Below, in pieces: positions 12,550-24,949 of a stretch of 64,000 nt of DNA. Within the stretch, counting starts at the first letter, position 1. Every line of letters starts with the position of its first letter. Location of the stretch: NCBI RefSeq assembly GCF_006345805.1, contig NC_043004.1, positions 8,556,001-8,620,000 of the forward strand. Reading direction: 5' to 3'. The stretch comes from Octopus sinensis. Taxonomy: Eukaryota. Position numbers and translations under genes: made by a program. The notes beneath the pieces were generated by a model. That model ran no database searches, was not told the origin of the DNA, and was given only the letters and a program-made list of their open reading frames with translations.

Positions 12550-12970
12550 GGCGCAGGAGTGGCTGTTTGGTAAGTAGCTTGCTAACCAACCATATGGTTC
12601 CGGGTTCAGTCCCACTGCGTGGCATCTTGGGCACGTGTCTTCTGCTATAGCCCCGGGCCGACCAATGCCTTGTGAGTGGATTGGTAGACGGAAACTGAAA
12701 GAAGCCTGTCGTATATATGTATATATATATATATATATATAGTGTGTGTGAATATGTTTGTGTGTCTGTGTTTGTTCCCCTAGCATTGCTTGACAACCGA
12801 TGCTGGTGTGTTTACGTCCCCGTAACTTAGCGGTTCGGCAAAAGAGACCGATAGAATAAGTATGGGCTTACAAAGAATAAGTCCGGGGTCGATTTGCTCG
12901 ATAAAGGCGGTGCTCCAGCATGGCCGCAGTCAAATGACTGAAACAAGTAAAAAGAGAGTAAAAAGAGTAT
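12550..12970 (+). mobile_element. Full-length tRNA-derived SINE, family B
   Basis: tRNA-like head GCGCAGGAGTGGCTGTTTGGTAAG...GGGTTCAGTCCC, internal (TA)/(TG) tract and AAAAGAGT tail. Confidence 0.9.
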
Positions 12971-13337
12971 ATATATATATATATATATCTAACTATCTAA
13001 CGAACTAGTTAACTAGCTAGCTGGCTAACTAACTGACCGACCGACCGACCGACCGACCGACCGACTGACTAACTAACCAACTAACTAACCAATTATATAT
13101 ATATATATTATATATATATATATATATATATTATAATATATATATATATATATATATAAAGGGAAAGTTCTTCTTACAGTCGTTGTGCCGACTTGGACCT
13201 ATGACAAAAGACTCTAGCGCATGATAACACTGAGTGGCATCGAACCCATAAACGCTGAAATGCAGAGCAACTTCATAAGCACATGTATGGTGCTTCCACG
13301 CCATACACACATTCCTACATACATACATATACTACAT

Positions 13338-13630
13338 CAGTGGTTCTCAACCGGAATCCATATGACCTCTGGGGGTCCATAAATGACTTCTGGAATTATT
13401 TTATTTTGAGTTTCAATGGAAACATTTTGCTGTGAATGTATTTATTCCAAGTAACAGCTAGGTTTCTTTCTCTAACGTTTTACGTATTTCAATATATACT
13501 GGTGAATGTTAATTTTGAATGAAGCATCTATATATCTAGGTTTTAATCATCAAATGGCTATGGAGATCCACCAGAATAAAATAGTAATCAAAGGGATCTG
13601 TAGATAGAAAAGAATGGTCGAAAAGCACTG
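13338..13630 (+). mobile_element. hAT (Charlie/MER5-like) MITE
   Basis: Ends CAGTGGTTCTCAACC and GGTCGAAAAGCACTG (degenerate TIR). The 8-bp flanks TACTACAT and TATTACAA match at 6 of 8 positions, consistent with an old TSD. Confidence 0.65.
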
Positions 13631-13643
13631 TATTACAAGCATA

Positions 13644-13707
13644 CATATGTGTTTACATATGTGTTTACATATGTGTTTACATATGTGTTTACATATGTGT
13701 TTACATA
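13644..13707. repeat. 12-bp tandem repeat (CATATGTGTTTA), about 5 copies
   Basis: Read directly from the sequence. Confidence 0.95.
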
Positions 13708-14323
13708 CACAAGTATTCATGTGTAAAAGGTAAAAAGCCCCTGTTTTTTTTTTTTTTATTTTTACCGGTTTTTTGCGGGATGGTGGTTAAGGGAAAGGAG
13801 CCCAGGAGAGAGTAAGAAGTAGAGATGGATAGACAGAAGAAGAGAAATCACCCAGTAAGGGAAACAGACATGCGATCAGAGAGTAGGATAAAGTAAAAGA
13901 TGGAATAAATTGTGGGAGGGAAAGCGATGGTATAAATAAGAGAGGTGGAAACAAGGAATTTAGAACTCTACTAAATAGGGATAATTAGAGAGGTATCGCG
14001 ATAAAATAACTAATATGGAGGGAGAAAGTAGTGACATAGCCATAGAGATAAAGGAAAGGCAAAGAGAATATTATAAGGAGTGTTGTATTAGGTGGATGCA
14101 TAAATGGGTTGGAGAGTGACAGACTAGGAAACTTGAAACAGAGAAATACGCATCAACTTGTCTGCTCGTCTTAAAATCAGATGAGACATTTTAATGTGTG
14201 TTTTATGTTGGTCAAGGAATACGTGTGTGTATGTTTGAATGCGTAGCTATATGCAGTGATATATATGTGTATGTGTGTGTATGCGTTTGTGTGACGGTAT
14301 GGGTGTTTTTATATGCGACTCTG

Positions 14324-14423
14324 NNNNNNNNNNNNNNNNNNNNNNNNNNNNNNNNNNNNNNNNNNNNNNNNNNNNNNNNNNNNNNNNNNNNNNNNNNNNN
14401 NNNNNNNNNNNNNNNNNNNNNNN
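14324..14423. other. Assembly gap (100 N)
   Basis: Run of N. True length and contiguity across it are unknown. Confidence 1.
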
Positions 14424-14520
14424 TATAATAATATATTATAATAAAGGTAAAATCATTAATGATTTTATCAGGTAGTCAGCGCGGAAATAAAAACCTCATA
14501 GGTAAATTTTACAAAATACT

Positions 14521-14802
14521 TTATAATTATATTCACAATTATAACAAGGGATTGGCTTTATGCCTCACCACGCACTGATGAGACCAATAGGTAATATTTT
14601 TTTTAGTTTAAGCTTGAAACAGGATGTTGTACGTGCTTAACCGAAAAGTTGTTGATTCATTGTTTTTCTTTGCTCGCCTATAATATAGTGTGTTATTCTC
14701 GGAGATTTGAATGTGGTAATGGGGCCTTTGGCGTCTATTTCTACAGTGCGTGGTGAGGCGTAATGCCAATCCCTCGTTATAATTATGTACATAATTATAA
14801 AA
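14521..14802. repeat. Inverted repeat with arms of about 57 bp (14521-14577 and 14744-14802), PLE-end or MITE-like
   Basis: GGGATTGGCTTTATGCCTCACCACGCACTG versus CAGTGCGTGGTGAGGCGTAATGCCAATCCC. The left arm continues into CTGATGAGACCAATAGGT. Confidence 0.8.
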
Positions 14803-14806
14803 TATG

Positions 14807-14871
<65 letters not shown>

Positions 14872-15729
14872 TATTATTATTTTGTGGCATGTGTAACTTT
14901 CATAAAACGTGCTGTGATAATTTTTAAAAAAATGATGATCAAATATGTGGAAATTGTTGTCATTCAGCAACCCTCTGGTTTCGAGAAGTACTGGAAAAGA
15001 GGAATTTACTGGAAGAGAAAAAAAGGTAGAAGCTAAAGAATATATTTTGCAAAGCGAAAGTATGATGCAAGTACAAGGGTACATTGCACATAGTAAAAGC
15101 AGGAACTTAGCGGCGAAAATACTTAAATACTAAGAAGAGGGTGGAGAAGAAGAAGTAGGGGAAAATGATGATAGTGATGATGATGATGATGACTATTACA
15201 CGGGTTGTCGTTACTGTTGCTGCTAATGATGATGATGATGATGTGTATTACGCTGAAGATAAAAATGGAAATACCGTTAGAAAATAGTGTTGTGTACTTT
15301 TCGACCTCAGCCTTGTATTAGAAAAGCTTTCTTGACAACTGGCTGTATGCGTGGGTGCATATGTGTGTGCGTGTGTGTGTGTGTGTGTGCGTGCGAGCAT
15401 GTGTGTGTGTGCGTGTGTGTGTGTGTATGCATTCCGTCTATCAACTAATCAAATAAACTTCCAGCTTTATCTTTTTCTGATTTCTTCTTAATCTGTTTTC
15501 TTATTCCTGAGGTATTTTAATGTTTTTCAAATATTTTCCCCTCGTTTTAGTACTTTATTTTACCCCAGGAAAAAACGTGAAATGTCCACCGAAGCATTAA
15601 AATAGATTCCACTCTTCTTTAACCCGGGGCTGAGTTGTATAGAGTATTGTATCATTTAATGGATACAAAATATAGGTTTTGTATATGTGTGTATGTATGT
15701 TGTGGTATATATCTATATATATATATATA

Positions 15730-15814
<85 letters not shown>

Positions 15815-16089
15815 ATATATATAGCGTGCATGTATGTGTGTATGTATTTATGTAGTAGCGAACAGAGGAAAGTATTCATTAAAAATATTTACAGATTGTT
15901 AATTTGATTGCTGAGTCATTAACCATTTAATTATTCAGCGTAAATAAATGATTAACTAACTAAAAGTAATGTATAATAATTTCTCAGTTATTAAATTTAT
16001 GTGTGTGTGTAGGAACATATATACGCTCATATATATGTATACATATACATGTGCGTATATATATAAGTATACTTACATTTATATATGCT

Positions 16090-16640
16090 CACCTTCGCAC
16101 CTCCTCATTCCACAGCCTATCCATCCGTGTCATACCAACCATAGCCCTGAAACATCTCATCTCAAACACATCTCGTCACCTCCTTTCCAATTCTTTCAGA
16201 CCCCACGTCTCTTCACCATATAACATTGTCGGCACAATCACGACCACATACACACCTCTTTTCGCGTTCATACTCAATCTTTTATCTCCCAGAATACCTT
16301 TCACAACTCCAAATCTCTTACTCCCCTCCCCTCCCTCACTTTATATCCCACCTCCGTCACTTGTGATCCCTGATACGTAAAAACACTCACATCCTCTAAC
16401 ATTTCACCATTTATACTCACATCCATCCTACCAGCCATTCCATCTCTCGAACATCTCATCACCTTACTCTTAGCTACATTCACTTTCAGTTTCCTCCTCT
16501 CACACACTCTTCCAAACTCCACCACCAGTCTCCTCAGCTGATCTTCCGAATCCGCTACCAGTGCTCTATCATCAGCAAATAACAACTGACTCGCCTGCCA
16601 TTTCTCTCCATTTTCTTCCACCATTTGGACTCGACAACAA
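16090..16640 (-). mobile_element. RTE-clade LINE reverse-transcriptase fragment
   Basis: LLFADDRAL...CERRKLKVNVAKSKVMRCSR, then IVPTMLYGEETWGL...FEMRCFRAMVG...WNEEVRR, with stops and deletions. Confidence 0.88.
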
Positions 16641-17213
16641 CACTGTGTTAGGAGACTTTTCATAGATTTGGGTTATCCTTTGCTCTTTATGATGGTGTGC
16701 GTTTCGAGGATTAAATTCATTGTGTGATCTCTTTTTTAGTAGGGGAATGTTCTGAAGGATGTTAAAAAGCATTTCATTTAATTTTTCCACAATTTAATTG
16801 TTTTTCATGCTTTACTCTAAGTTGAAAATGTCACAAAGGCTGAAACCGGTTCTAAAATATTCTTCATAATAAAATTATTTTAGCATTTTCTACTCTGACT
16901 TATTTTCCTTATACATATCAACTCGTGTGTTCCTTTTCAACCTTCTACACACACACACACACATAACGACCTCGAACCCATAAGAGTAAACAAGAGAGAC
17001 AGAGACAGGCAGAAACAAGGAAAATTCCCCTTGTATTTGAACACTATGCAAATATTCTTTTAAAAAAACTTTTCTTTTAATTTTTCTAAATTTAATTATT
17101 TAATTGTTACAGTTGAAAAAGTTTCAATGATTGAAACCGGTACTGTAATGTTTTTTATAAAATTATTTTAGCATTTTCTATCTTAACTTTTTTCCATATA
17201 TGTGTGTGTGTGT

Positions 17214-17255
<42 letters not shown>

Positions 17256-17999
17256 GCGTGTGTGTGTATGCATGTGTGTGTGTTGTGTGTGAAGATCTAT
17301 GCGTGTGACTGGATATATAAATAATATATGTAAAAGGAGAGATGTTCTTTAGCAAAAAAGCCTGGTTGGTGTTTAATTTTGGTTTTTTGTTACGTATAAA
17401 TAAATAAACCTGCTTCACACTGCGAATGTAATCTGATGTCGCTGCTTAGCTCGTATTTTTTGCCAAATCAAAACAAGAGGATCTAAATAAAAAAAATATT
17501 GTTCTACGTGTTGATGATAATACTAATAATACTACGTTGACACATTGATAACGCGGGATTTTTGTAAAGAATGTAGTAGACGTGTTTTGTGCCTCTATCG
17601 CTTGACAACCAGCAGGCAACCGCGATTTTTTTCTTCTTTATAACAAATATTACTTCAGCAGATACAACTACATGTTTCACTGTCATTCATAAAGAAATGT
17701 TTTGTTTTTCTTTTGTTTCTTTTTTCTTTTCTTTGTAGCTAAACCTTTTTTTTTGACTAATGATAAAATTAATGAACATTCATCAACGACATAACCTCTA
17801 AATGGTTGCTCAACCGGCCAGAAATAGCAATCCAATTTCCCTCACAAACGTTTAAAAAAGAAAGGAAACCCTGAGTAATGCACAGTCTGTAAAAGGGTTG
17901 CGATGGTCATGACTAGAATGCATTTTAATATCAGTCTGATCTGCTAGAAATAGTAACCAAATATCACTCAAATCACATTCGTTTTAAAAACAAATGGAA

Positions 18000-18215
18000 G
18001 GCGCATCTATTTACCGTTTCGAGTGGGTTGCCTTGACCAGAACTATTCTTTCTCTCGAATCTTTCCTATATTCCACGGCAATTTTCAGGTCTTCTGTTTG
18101 TGACATGACATCGCAAGGGAGTTGACCAATGTATGCCATTCTGGGCCGTCCGTCGTCACCAGAATTCCAATGCTGTTGGATCCACAGAAGGAGCTCAACA
18201 CTCTAATTAGAACAA
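18000..18215 (-). mobile_element. RTE LINE 3' end fragment
   Basis: VLLWIQQH...GRPRMAYIGQL...EDLKIAVEYRKDSRERIV matches an RTE C-terminus. Confidence 0.6.
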
Positions 18216-18244
18216 TAGACACACACACTGATACACACACACAC

Positions 18245-18575
18245 ATCATCATCATCATTGTTCAACCGTGGTCGAGACAATGGAATTTACTATGTTACGC
18301 CAGACCTCACAGTCCATCATAGCATTACGGAGGTCCTGTTGCTGGATGCCTGTATCCCTGGAGATTACATCAGGGTAGGAGTGCGCGCGCCCTCTGGTAT
18401 CACGAGCAGATGGCTTCTAGAGGAAAAGAGTAGAAATTACCTCGTTTTCAGCTCTACAACAATGTCCAGCAAACTGGACTCTTCTACATTTCACAAGAGA
18501 TGACACAGGTGGTAATTTCCCATATATTTGTACTTCGGTTGGATGACGCTTCCACGAGAGATTTTGAGCAGTGTG
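18245..18575 (-). mobile_element. RTE LINE 3' end with (TGA)n tail
   Basis: NLSWKRHPT...RRVQFAGHCCRAENEVIS...RDTGIQQQDLRNAMMDCEVWRNIV. Confidence 0.85.
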
Positions 18576-19215
18576 TGTTATGTACATGTACATACACATA
18601 CATGCATGCATACATACATACATACGTACATACATACATACATACGTACGTACGTACATACATACATACGTACGTACATACATACATACATACATACATA
18701 CATACATACATGCATGCATACATACGTACGTACATACATACATACATTCATTCATACATACATACATATATGTACCTACATATGTGCTGGGCGAGGAAGA
18801 AGTAGAGAGATAGAGAAACGGAGAACGGATATAGTTTTGATTGAGTCATCAGAAACCTTTTCGTTGCACTGAGATGTGTTGACCCCAATGCACACAACCT
18901 TGAAGTTCAAGTGAAAACCCATTTGTTTGAAGTCTAACAGAATAAACTTTATTTCCTTTGCATGAAACAGTAAACAATAAGAAGAATAAGTTGAAGATAA
19001 TTATTTGTCGCACGTAGCTTTCATATATTTTTCTTAATTCTAATGTTCCCTCATTTTATTTAACTTATATGTTTTGTTTCAACAAATCTTTCAGAACTTG
19101 TACAGGATTAAATTTTACTATCGTTGTTGTTGCTGTTCTAAGGGTGGTGTCTGCAGAAATGGTAGAATTCTAGTCAAAATATACTGCAGTTTGTAGTTAC
19201 AATACTTTTACTAAC

Positions 19216-19288
19216 CTTTGCACTGTTTTTAGTAATCGCTTGGGTCGAACTAACAGTTCATCTATGCCGATATCGATAACAGAAATAT
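19216..19288 (-). CDS. Candidate internal exon: (D)ISVIDIGIDELLVRPKRLLKTVQ(R)
   Basis: Acceptor CTTCCCCGTCGTCCACAG and donor AAG|GTTAGT. 73 nt, with only one frame open. Not linked with certainty to the 1868/3441 exons. Confidence 0.3.
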
Positions 19289-19334
19289 CTGTGGACGACG
19301 GGGAAGTCAATATGGTGAACCAAGGCTTGTCTCT

Positions 19335-19374
<40 letters not shown>

Positions 19375-19487
19375 TGTGAGTATGTGTGTGTGTGTATGTA
19401 CATGTGTATGTGTGTGTGTGTACGTTTGTCTACGTGCGTACATACATGCGCGTGTATATGTGTTTACATGTTATGGGTCGGCGACTA

Positions 19488-19879
19488 TAAGGCGGCGAGC
19501 TGGCAGAAACGTTAGCGCGCTGGACGAATTGCGTAGCCGTGTTTCGTCTGCCGTTACGTTCTGGGTTCAAATTCCGCCGAGGTCGACTTTGCCTTTCATC
19601 TTTTCGGGGTCGATAAATTAAGTACCAGTTACGCACTGGGGTCGATATAATCGATTTAATCCGTTTGTCTGTCCTTGTTTGCCCTCTCTGTGTTTAGCCC
19701 CTTGTGGGTAGTAAACAAATAAGTATTTCGTCTGTCATTACGTTCTGAGTTCAAATTCCGCCGAGGTCGACTTTGCCTTTCATCCTTTTTGGAGTCGATA
19801 AATAAAGTACCAGTTAATGCCTTTGTCTGTCCTTGTTTGTCCCCTCTATGTTTAGCCCCTTATGGGTAGTAAAGAAATA
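19488..19879 (+). mobile_element. SINE family A with a 16-bp target-site duplication
   Basis: TATGGGTCGGCGACTA at 19472-19487 and 19880-19895; B-box modules at about 19563 and 19747. Confidence 0.92.
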
Positions 19880-20456
19880 TATGGGTCGGCGACTAAACCA
19901 CCAAACCAGGGTGATTTTGGACAGCGGTGTCAAAGAGGCGGATGAAACTCGAGTTACCTGATATACGTAACTCGAGTTATCGAGTTACCTGATGTACGCA
20001 TGCGCCAGAACTTAGAAATTTCTGCTTTGCTACCCAGGTGCGCATATGGCGTACAAGATTAGATTGAACTCTAAGCAAAGGTCACTAACCAATGAAGAGA
20101 ACGCTAATCAAAAAACTTGAGGCGTATCGTTCATTGAGTTTGTGCCAGACATTTGCAGCAACTTTCTGCTATTATCAGCATTCGCAGAAGGTTGTGGCTG
20201 GTCCTACACAAATCTTCACCTCTGAAAACAAATAATTTGCGTGGGTAATCTTGACATCTACGACATAGATTGTTGGATCCTCACACACCAAAGCCGACGT
20301 ATAAAGCTGTACACACACACACACACACACGCACACATTTATATATATGTACAGTCAACACGAAGTAGTGCTCAAATGGTTCGAACATACACTCCGAATT
20401 CTTTATCGAGGATTAAGTCCGTGGGGTAATGAGTAGTTATAAGTGAAATGTATGGA

Positions 20457-20897
20457 GATAGTGATGTATATAAACACGCTTGAGATTGATGTACAAAATA
20501 AAAAATACATATACACATGTAAATATATATTTGGATATATAGAGAAACAAACAAGAACTGGAAATATTTTGATGAAGATAGATAGATACTTATATATTCA
20601 CAGAACAAATTTACATGGAGTACAAAAAATACAAGGCCTGGTGCTTAAAGTCCGACAGCCGTTTCTGGATGCTCGGAATCACGTAATTGCTGTAATGCTC
20701 GCACAGTCCATCTACCAACATTAAAACTATTAAGTAATTCCGATCCTTCAGAAACAGCTGTCGAACTTGAAAAACCTTCCATCTCTCCTTAGTTTTCTGT
20801 ATAGTTTGTACTCTTTGTAAACTTGTTATGTGAACATATAAAGATTTCTATGTTTATACATAAAAATTCGTCCGAATATTTTCAGTTTTTGTTTGTC

Positions 20898-20928
<31 letters not shown>

Positions 20929-21003
20929 CCCCGTATACATTTGCATGTATACATATGTGTATATTTCATATATCAAACTCAAGCGTGTGTATCTGCATCA
21001 CCC
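20457..21003. repeat. Long imperfect fold-back (arms about 20457-20685 and 20735-21003), PLE-end-like
   Basis: The arms are reverse-complement similar over more than 200 bp. Each carries CAGAAAC(A/G)GCTGTCG facing outward. Confidence 0.8.
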
Positions 21004-21093
21004 TCTGTCTGTCTGTCTCTGTCTCTCTCTTCCCCCACCCTCTCTCTCTCTCTCTCTGTCTCTCTCTGTCCTCTCTCTGTCTCTCTTCTCTCT

Positions 21094-21143
<50 letters not shown>

Positions 21144-21920
21144 AGCGTTTCGTATATTGAAAACTGCGTTATTATTATTAGGACAGTGAGTGGCAAGAGA
21201 GAGTTGAGGAACGGTCGTCAGGACAATTTACGGCATATATTTTCAGGCCTTCAGACTCTTTGTTCAATTCCCATCGAAGTCCACTTTTTTTCCCTTTACA
21301 TTCCGTGATGTCTATCCAATAATAACCCAATTGATTCTTTTCATTCTTTACAGCTGTGTTGTATTTGAACCACTTTGTAAAACGAATTTTTTCCCGTTTT
21401 CACAATGCTATAAATGTACAAAGACATAAATACATACATACATACATACATACATACATACATACATACATACACATTCACACATACATATACATACATA
21501 AATAATTTAATCGAATACTTTCAACAAAATTTGCTGTCCTCTGCCAAATTGTTGTTGGTAGTATTATTGTTGCTGCTACAGCTGCTGTTGCTGCTACCGC
21601 TGGTGCTGCTCTGCCTGATTTCATGTTACTCATTTTGTTGTTGTTGCTGTTCTTCTTACTACTAGTTTCGTAATAAACATACTCTTATTACCGTTATTAT
21701 GACACACCCTTTAGACCAATTCGCAATCATCCTAACGTTACCAAAAATATAAAAAATATATAAATGTATCTATTTATCTCTCTCTCCCTTCTCTTTCAAT
21801 CTATGTATATATTATGTATATATAAATACACATATATATTTACTGAATCCCAGTTTTTTATATGCTAGACCACTGGTGTTAAAATTGATGTTATCAAATT
21901 AATATCCAATTTTTCACCCT

Positions 21921-21996
21921 CATTTTGATTTTAAATTCACATATATATACATATATGTCTGTATATATATATAATACATATATGTCTGTGTATATA

Positions 21997-22036
<40 letters not shown>

Positions 22037-22071
22037 TATATGTATATATATGTGAATTTAAAATCAAAATG
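21921..22071. repeat. Perfect 40-bp inverted repeat around a TA-rich spacer
   Basis: 21921-21960 (CATTTTGATTTTAAATTCACATATATATACATATATGTCT) is the exact reverse complement of 22032-22071. Confidence 0.95.
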
Positions 22072-22073
22072 TA

Positions 22074-22133
<60 letters not shown>

Positions 22134-22729
22134 TACATATACACACATATACATACATGCATATATGCATATGTATACATACACACACATGCGCGCACAC
22201 ACACAAACACACATACCCATATATATATAGTCTGTAACATACAAAAGTAAGCTTAAATTTTGAAAGACATTTGGGGATTGTACACGTAGTGTAAATAATA
22301 TCTCTAATTACAAAGATTTATTAAACTGATTTATTTGCCGTCTTTTAGTATATCTTACAAACGATAAACCACCATAATTTAGATCTCTAGTAGACATTAC
22401 GAAATTTCAGAATATTCCTATGTGGTCACGTAATCTAAGAACAGCCTTCATATTGTTATAGCATGTAAAATATTTCAATTGTCGAAAACTTACAAACAAA
22501 AGAAGGGAAGAAAATAGCATCCATTGAGCGGAGATAACCCTGTTTTACTCACTGCCAAACACTCATCCTGCGCATTTTATGTGAACTTTCTGAGTCTATC
22601 TTTTCTTCTTTTTAACCCTCTCTCCTACGATGTACAGCCCGAATACCGAAGTCAACCAACCAACTAATGTTTATTTGCATACACACACACACATATATGT
22701 ATAGATGTATAGATGTGTATATCTATCTG

Positions 22730-22811
<82 letters not shown>

Positions 22812-22890
22812 AGTTGTCCCCTGTTTTATCCACTCCGCGTTTCGAAGTCCCTACCTCCGAAACGCGGAATAGATAAAACAAGGGACAACT
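22812..22890. repeat. 33-bp stem / 13-nt loop hairpin
   Basis: Arms 22812-22844 and 22858-22890 have 3 mismatches, all C:A on the plus strand. Confidence 0.93.
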
Positions 22891-23054
22891 AAGGAAGGGA
22901 ATGTTCTTTATGTTGCCTGTCTCGTTTCTCTGTTTGTTCACGCCTTTTTGACGTCCTATACCCTATATGCATTTATATATACATATATATGTAGGCATGT
23001 ACATATATGTATGTATGCATGCATACATACATATATATATATATAATATATATA

Positions 23055-23094
<40 letters not shown>

Positions 23095-23199
23095 ATATAT
23101 ATATGATCGAACCCTCGCATCCATTTCCAATAGTATATATTATATATATATATTATATATACAGTAGTGATAATATACAATATTCATATTAAGACAATT

Positions 23200-23786
23200 T
23201 AATGATTAATGCACAACGTCTCCAGCGTTCTGTATCGTCTGGGAGACTTTTGTATCGTCTGCATAGCTGGCAAGGGTAGTAACTTGAGGGCCACTATGAA
23301 TAGCAGGGGTCCCAGGACAGTGCCCCGTGGAACACTACTCATTATTTGAGTTTCTCGGACCTGGCCCCCATTGACCACCACTACCAGTCTTCTATCTTTT
23401 CCAACAATGCCAAAATTTCGCAGCTTGTGACAAATCATACCATGGTCGACTTTATCAAAAGCTTTTCAAAGTCGTGGTATATCACGTCCACATTTGAGTT
23501 GTTTAGCACCTGCTTTAGCACCCAGTTGCAAGAGCTGTGTCAGGTAGCTTCTCCCTGGTCGAAAACCATGTTGGATGTCAGTCAGCAAATCATTCCTTTC
23601 AAGGAAGGCAATTAATTTCCTTCGGACTATTCGTTCCATGACTTTACTGATGTTTGTGGTCAGAGAGATAGGCCTATAGTTTTTAGCATCTGCTCTGCTT
23701 CCTCCTTTATAAATAGGGCATATTTTCCCCTCCTTTAGTTTGCCCGGGAGCTTACCATTTGTAAGGAAGTTTTGAAAAAGTAGCTG
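23200..23786 (-). mobile_element. CR1/L2-group LINE reverse-transcriptase fragment
   Basis: ICPIYKGGSRADAKNYRPISLTTNISKVMERIV...QHGFRPGRSYLTQLL and VPRGTVLGPLLFIVAL, frameshifted. Confidence 0.9.
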
Positions 23787-23812
23787 CATATATATATATA
23801 TATACATACATG

Positions 23813-23909
<97 letters not shown>

Positions 23910-23925
23910 TTATATATATATATAT

Positions 23926-23998
<73 letters not shown>

Positions 23999-24499
23999 TA
24001 AAGATATATATATATATACATATACATATATATATACATATATGTAATATATATACCATATACATATACATATATGAGAACATAGCCGAAAATCCGAAAC
24101 CCAGAACTTCAGCAGTTGAGAGTTAGCCTGTTGTCACGTCTGATCTCATGTCTGTCTTCTTCCCATATTTATGACTGGTAAGATAAGTGTATTTTATATT
24201 CCCCCATTATGTCTTCCGCGAAATTATATCTGCTATTTTAACAACGACTGGTATTCTGTTCTACCAGTTTCGAATACGACCACCCAATTAGTAAAATAAT
24301 AAAGATTAGTCCGTGAATATGATATCTAGGAATAGCAGCATCTGGATTGAGGCGTTTTCATTTTTTAATTTATTGAACTGAAACAGTAATGTGAAATTCA
24401 AAGTTACGATTAAAGAACTTTCAACTTCAAATAATGTATTTATACACTCACACACATATAAGTATATATGTATATACCTATATATGTACATATGTATAT

Positions 24500-24543
<44 letters not shown>

Positions 24544-24635
24544 GTTTAAATATTTGTTGTGCAAGATCTTTTATGTGAAGTCGTGTGTTGAAACAATATT
24601 GTTATATTTTCGGATGGTCATATTGCCAGTTTAGC

Positions 24636-24708
<73 letters not shown>

Positions 24709-24737
24709 ATATATATATATATATATATATGTATTTA

Positions 24738-24770
<33 letters not shown>

Positions 24771-24794
24771 TGTATATGTATATATATATATGTA

Positions 24795-24840
<46 letters not shown>

Positions 24841-24893
24841 CAAATATATATATTGTAAAAATATATACACAAACAAATATATACATATGTATA

Positions 24894-24925
<32 letters not shown>

Positions 24926-24949
24926 CTATCTTATATATATCTTAAGCAC

